The translations under genes were made by a program, and so were the position numbers. A stretch of DNA of 42,426 nt, taken from contig DIQU01000001.1 of assembly GCA_002426555.1 (NCBI GenBank), positions 7,249 to 49,674 of the forward strand, read 5' to 3'. This document shows, one piece after another, positions 38,543 through 42,426 of this stretch. The DNA is from Firmicutes bacterium UBA5454 (lineage in GTDB: Bacteria; Bacillota; Clostridia; Caldicoprobacterales; DTU083). The notes under the pieces are model-generated. The model searched no databases and was not told where the DNA came from. It saw nothing but the letters and a program-made list of their open reading frames with translations. Within the stretch, counting starts at the first letter, position 1, and every line of letters starts with the position of its first letter.

Positions 38543-39214
38543 TCAAACTTCATCCTCCAGGGATTTTTTTTTGTCTTGTACCTCTTCTTTGCTTTCCTGA
38601 GCAATTTCCAATTTTATAACAGAGACCTCATAAGCAACCTTGTCTACTACTTCACCATTGGTATATCTTTTCTGATATTCACGGCTTTGTATACGTCCCC
38701 AAAGCTTTATATTGTCTCCAACCTCCAGTGTTTGGCAGAACCTTGCATTCCTCCCCCAGGCGATAACAGGTATATAATCAGATTTGTTATAAGCTCGATT
38801 GACAGCAATCAACAAATCCGTTATTTCTCGCTTGAAGGGAGTAGTCCTGTAAATGGGAGCTTTACATACAAATCCATTTAAATAAATCTGATTGGGGTTT
38901 TTGACCTCTTCAGTCAGGTTGGCAATATCCCTTACAAAAACCGTTAACAACAGCCGATTGCTTCCATCTATCAGTTTGTTATAGGAACGAAACTGACCGG
39001 TTATCACCAGCTCTGCACCTATATTTAAATCCATTTCTGTAATGAGTCGCTCCGATACGATTATGGGTAAGCAATCTACATAATTGCTGAGCCTTGGCAC
39101 TGAAAGATAAAAGCCGTAAAAACTCTCTCCAAACATCTCGTGGCTGAACTCAATAATGGAATCTACTTTTCCAGCAACCATTACCCAATTGTTATCCGAT
39201 GTATACTCCGCCAT
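38543..39214 (-). CDS. single-stranded DNA-binding-like protein with two tandem OB folds
   Basis: The second half, NQIYLNGFVCKAPIYRTTP..REITDLLIAVNRAYNKSDYIPVIAWGRNARFCQTLEVGDNIKLWGRIQSREYQKR, follows the SSB OB-fold pattern. The first half, NWVMVAGKV...FYGFYLSVPRLSNYVDCLPIIVSERL...GAELVITGQFRSYN, follows the same pattern in degenerate form. Acidic C-terminal tail. The start is either the ATG at 39214 or the GTG at 39235. Confidence 0.65.
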   Translation of the reverse strand: MAEYTSDNNWVMVAGKVDSIIEFSHEMFGESFYGFYLSVPRLSNYVDCLPIIVSERLITEMDLNIGAELVITGQFRSYNKLIDGSNRLLLTVFVRDIANLTEEVKNPNQIYLNGFVCKAPIYRTTPFKREITDLLIAVNRAYNKSDYIPVIAWGRNARFCQTLEVGDNIKLWGRIQSREYQKRYTNGEVVDKVAYEVSVIKLEIAQESKEEVQDKKKSLEDEV

Positions 39215-39285
39215 ATTCGGTATCGCTCCCTTCACTTTTCCAAAGTAGACAAATCTAAACTATACCTATTCACTGCAAGTATGTT

Positions 39286-40077
39286 TTATGACCCGTCTGA
39301 TTCGTTTTCTACAGCTATTTGCCTGCCTGTATGATCCATTTTGTAGTTTTCTTTATATATGAGTTCTGATATGGGGACAATAGAATATCCCTCCACCAGT
39401 AGAATATCCAGTATCTGTGGCAAAGCATCAGTAATATATTTGGCATTGTTATGAAACAGGACAATGGAGCCTTTGTCTACTTTTTTTGTTACTCGTTCAA
39501 CCATTGGTTGAACACCTAGTTCCTTCCAATCAAGGGAATCCACATCCCACTGAATTACATGAAAATCCAATTCTCTGCTGATTAGTATCAGTTGATCATT
39601 GTAGTCTCCAAAAGGCGGGCGTAAGAGCCGCACGCTGCTTTCACCTGCAAGGTCTTCGATCTTCTTTTGTGTAGTCAGAATTTCTTTTATTATCTGCTCC
39701 CGGCTTAACTTGGACATTTCAGGATGGGTTGTGGAATGATTGGCCACTTCATGACCCCGTCTTGCCATCTCTTCCACATGTTCCGGGTATTTATCCACCC
39801 AAAACCCAACTAAGAAGAAAGTGGTTTTTATACCTCTTTCCTCCAGGATATCCATAATGGTAGTTGTGTACTCAGCACCCCAGGCTGCATCAAAAGATAT
39901 TGCGATTTTCTTTTCATCCGTTTGCACTGAATAGATAGGCAGCTCCTTTTTAACATTGAGAAAAACAGCTGCAGTACCATTTACTTGAGCATTCAACAGG
40001 GTTATGGAAAGAAGCAGCAGCATGAGTGTGAATAATAAACGTCTTATTTGAATTTTAGAGAAATAAATTATCTTCAC
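39286..40077 (-). CDS. polysaccharide deacetylase family protein (PdaB-like, sporulation-associated)
   Basis: N-terminal signal/anchor sequence, then the NodB motifs ISFDAAWG (Asp-Asp region), HEVANHSTTHP (His-His), and LLRPPFG. GTG start at 40077, 6 nt after GAGGTG. Confidence 0.85.
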   Translation of the reverse strand: MKIIYFSKIQIRRLLFTLMLLLLSITLLNAQVNGTAAVFLNVKKELPIYSVQTDEKKIAISFDAAWGAEYTTTIMDILEERGIKTTFFLVGFWVDKYPEHVEEMARRGHEVANHSTTHPEMSKLSREQIIKEILTTQKKIEDLAGESSVRLLRPPFGDYNDQLILISRELDFHVIQWDVDSLDWKELGVQPMVERVTKKVDKGSIVLFHNNAKYITDALPQILDILLVEGYSIVPISELIYKENYKMDHTGRQIAVENESDGS

Positions 40078-40140
40078 AGTAAACACCTCGTTATTAATGT
40101 ATTGTCATAAAATAATAGATATGACAATAAACAAGGATGT

Positions 40141-40166
40141 AAAAAAAGAAACCCCTGACAGGGTCC
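40141..40166 (-). terminator. probable terminator after the topoisomerase gene
   Basis: The minus strand reads ACCCU-GUCA-GGGGU (a short GC stem), followed by UUCUUUUUUU, starting about 40 nt after the stop at 40206. Confidence 0.45.
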
Positions 40167-40205
40167 CTGGATATTAAATTGTATCTTCATGTCGTTCAAC
40201 AGTTT

Positions 40206-42426
40206 CTAATTGTGATTTTGATATACATTTATCACTTCGTTGTCCATGAGGACCATGGCAACTGCTTTTCCTTTGTCATTTCTTTTTTCAATGGGGAGAC
40301 TGTCCAAATCAAGAATTGTTACAGTACCATCCTTTTGTATCAGTATGATCTCATAGGGCTCCTTGCTGTAATATGCCTTAATAAGAGAGCGGCCATTGGA
40401 ACCATTGCGGGCAAAGGTGATAGTTTTAACCCCAACCCCGCCGCGACCTTGTCTCCCATAATCAACAACAAGGGTTCTCTTGGCAAAGCCGCGATTGGTA
40501 ACAACAACCAGCTCACCTTCGTCATCTATCTCCCGAGCAAACACAACATGGTCATTCTTCTTCAGCTGTATGGCTTTAACGCCTATGGTCGCCCTGCCTG
40601 TGGGATTGACCTCGCTGCTCTTGAAGCGGATGCTCATACCTTTTTCAGTAGCAAGCAGTATGTCTCTATTACCATGGGATAATTCGACAGCTATTACCAA
40701 ATCATCCTTTTTTAGGCGGCAGGCTTGGATTTTAGTGACTCTGGAATCATATTCCCTTAACTGGGTGCGCTTTATCATGCCCTCTTGGGTATAAAACTGA
40801 ATATAAGGCTCTGCTTCCTTTAGAATATCGAAATTATCTACACAGATTACCCCAACAATACGTTCAGTCTTTTCAAAGCCTGGAAGTATACTTGTCAGCT
40901 GTACTCCCTTGTCCCGCCATTTACCTTCAGGAATGTCTTTACAGGTAATACCATAGCAATTGCCTGAATCTGTAAAAAATAGAACTCGATGATTGGTAAC
41001 AGACTCCTCCAAAAACTCAATATAGTCAGTATCACGAGAGGTTCCCGCTTCTGCATCATGGTTTGAACGTTGATATGATATCAAAGGAACACGTTTTATG
41101 TCTTGATTGCGAGTCAAGCTTATAATGACATCCTCTATTTGAATCAAGTCTTCTGTTTTGATTTCCGCTACAGAGCTGTCTTTAACAATAACAGTGCGAC
41201 GAGGATCGGCATGCAGTTTTTTTATCTCCAGCAGCTCCGTCTTAATTACCTTTAACAATTTAACATCCGAAGAAAGTATGGCTTTCAGCTGTATAATCAG
41301 TTTTTGAACCTGGGCGTATTCCTTCTCCAAATTGATTACTTCCAGGTTGGTGAGCTTTTGCAGACGCATGTCTAAGATGGCCTGAGCTTGAATTTCAGTC
41401 AGGCTGAACTCCTCCATCAGTCTGATTCGTGCTTCTCTGGTATTTTTCGAGGAACGAATTAAAGCAATAACACGGTCGATGTTTCGTACTGCAATAATCA
41501 AGCCTTCTAAAACATGCTCCCTGGCTTTAGCCCTGTCCAGTTCATACTGGGTTCTTTTAGTAACCACATCTATTTGGTGCTTTATATAATATTCCAAAAT
41601 AGCCTTCAACCCCAGCTGACGAGGGCGCCCATCTGCTATAGCTACCATGTTCATGCCAAATGTAATCTGAAGGTCGGAGTATTTGTAAAGATAATTTAAA
41701 ATTTTTTCTGCGTCACCATCTTTTTTGATTTCAATCACTGCACGTATGCCCTGACGATCGGACTCATCTCGAATATCGGAAATGCCGCTGAGTACACCTT
41801 TTCTTTCTTCACTGAGTCGAAGGATTTTCTCCAAAAGAGCAGCCTTATTTACCTGATAAGGCAGTTCAGTTATAACCAGCTGTTTCTTTCCTCCGGGGAT
41901 TTTTTCCACATCAACACTGGAGCGCAACAAAATCTTACCTTTTCCGGTTTCATAGGCTTTTTGTATTTCCTCTGTACCAATAATCATAGCACTGGTAGGA
42001 AAATCAGGACCGGGAATCTTCTGTAATAATTCTGCAGTGCTTATTTCAGGCTTATCCATAACAGCAATTACACCATCTATGACTTCACCCAAATTATGAG
42101 GGGGAATATTGGTAGCCAGCCCTACAGCAATACCGGAAGAACCATTGACCAGCAGGTTTGGATAACGCCCGGGCAGGACATCAGGTTCTTTTATGCTGTC
42201 ATCAAAATTCAGACTGAAGTTTACGGTATCCTTATCAATATCCTTCAACAGTTCCAGAGCCAAGGGAGTCATTCTGGCTTCAGTATACCGCATGGCAGCT
42301 GCAGAATCACCATCAATAGAGCCGAAATTTCCATGTCCATCGACCAGAGGATATCGCATGTTGAAATCCTGCGCCATTCGCACCATGGCATCATAGATGG
42401 ATGAATCGCCATGGGGATGATACTTA
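40206..42426 (-). CDS. type IIA DNA topoisomerase subunit A (GyrA/ParC family), 5' end beyond the window
   Basis: The frame stays open to the window edge: [52 protein letters not shown], covering the QRDR and the catalytic Tyr in AAMRYTE. A coiled-coil tower and a C-terminal beta-pinwheel follow. The first-blade GyrA box is degenerate ([10 protein letters not shown] where Q(R/K)RGGKG is expected), so it may be a ParC-type paralogue. Confidence 0.9.
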   Translation of the reverse strand, partial: KYHPHGDSSIYDAMVRMAQDFNMRYPLVDGHGNFGSIDGDSAAAMRYTEARMTPLALELLKDIDKDTVNFSLNFDDSIKEPDVLPGRYPNLLVNGSSGIAVGLATNIPPHNLGEVIDGVIAVMDKPEISTAELLQKIPGPDFPTSAMIIGTEEIQKAYETGKGKILLRSSVDVEKIPGGKKQLVITELPYQVNKAALLEKILRLSEERKGVLSGISDIRDESDRQGIRAVIEIKKDGDAEKILNYLYKYSDLQITFGMNMVAIADGRPRQLGLKAILEYYIKHQIDVVTKRTQYELDRAKAREHVLEGLIIAVRNIDRVIALIRSSKNTREARIRLMEEFSLTEIQAQAILDMRLQKLTNLEVINLEKEYAQVQKLIIQLKAILSSDVKLLKVIKTELLEIKKLHADPRRTVIVKDSSVAEIKTEDLIQIEDVIISLTRNQDIKRVPLISYQRSNHDAEAGTSRDTDYIEFLEESVTNHRVLFFTDSGNCYGITCKDIPEGKWRDKGVQLTSILPGFEKTERIVGVICVDNFDILKEAEPYIQFYTQEGMIKRTQLREYDSRVTKIQACRLKKDDLVIAVELSHGNRDILLATEKGMSIRFKSSEVNPTGRATIGVKAIQLKKNDHVVFAREIDDEGELVVVTNRGFAKRTLVVDYGRQGRGGVGVKTITFARNGSNGRSLIKAYYSKEPYEIILIQKDGTVTILDLDSLPIEKRNDKGKAVAMVLMDNEVINVYQNHN

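Noticed and set aside
40101-40128. Palindrome ATTGTCAT, 12 nt, ATGACAAT upstream of the pdaB-like gene. Its ends resemble the TGTCAT...ATGACA termini of the repeat family, so I considered an excision footprint or a mini-copy.
   Set aside because: Only the 6-nt terminal motif is shared, with no core or flank similarity. It could equally be an unrelated operator or a chance AT-rich palindrome. The palindrome itself is real, but the link to the repeat family is unsupported.

Overview
This window is a core housekeeping region from a moderately AT-rich, spore-forming Firmicute, most likely of the class Clostridia. About 90% of the coding sequence is on the minus strand.

Read in the direction of transcription (right to left), the genes are:
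- a GyrA/ParC-family topoisomerase A subunit (5' end off the window), pdaB-like deacetylase, a two-OB-fold SSB-like protein, and a LysM protein on the plus strand
- yerC-pcrA-ligA, then a 431-aa orphan on the plus strand
- yicC-remA-gmk-rpoZ, an intergenic repeat, then priA-def-fmt-rsmB-rlmN-prpC-prkC-rsgA-rpe-thiN
- rpmB (plus strand), asp23-like/yloV, recG, rsmD-coaD, and a coiled-coil protein
- ylbJ (plus strand), a patatin-like lipase, tmcAL (plus strand), and pta-ackA
- yceD(DUF177)-rpmF, then fapR-plsX-fabH-fabD-fabG-acpP (acpP is truncated at the left edge)

This order is colinear with two separate Bacillus subtilis regions, ylo and ylb/fap, joined together.

Several ORF-track starts look over-extended. 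I corrected them using RBS spacing and family N-termini: fabG, ackA, pta, coaD, rsmD, prkC, fmt, def, yicC, pdaB and the SSB-like gene. Two genes missing from the track were read by hand: rpmF (59 aa) and the acpP 5' fragment.

I found no rRNA, tRNA, CRISPR array, transposase, integrase, or recognisable defence or toxin module. I see no convincing evidence for a novel multi-gene system here.

The features most worth a second look are:
- a hairpin-forming intergenic repeat family present at two loci, plus one possible remnant
- an unclassifiable 431-aa orphan gene at a synteny junction
- a two-OB-fold SSB-like protein
- a GyrA-like topoisomerase subunit with a degenerate GyrA box
- a clear FapR operator and promoter upstream of the fap operon

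All functional calls rest on my reading of translated motifs and gene order. No database search was run.
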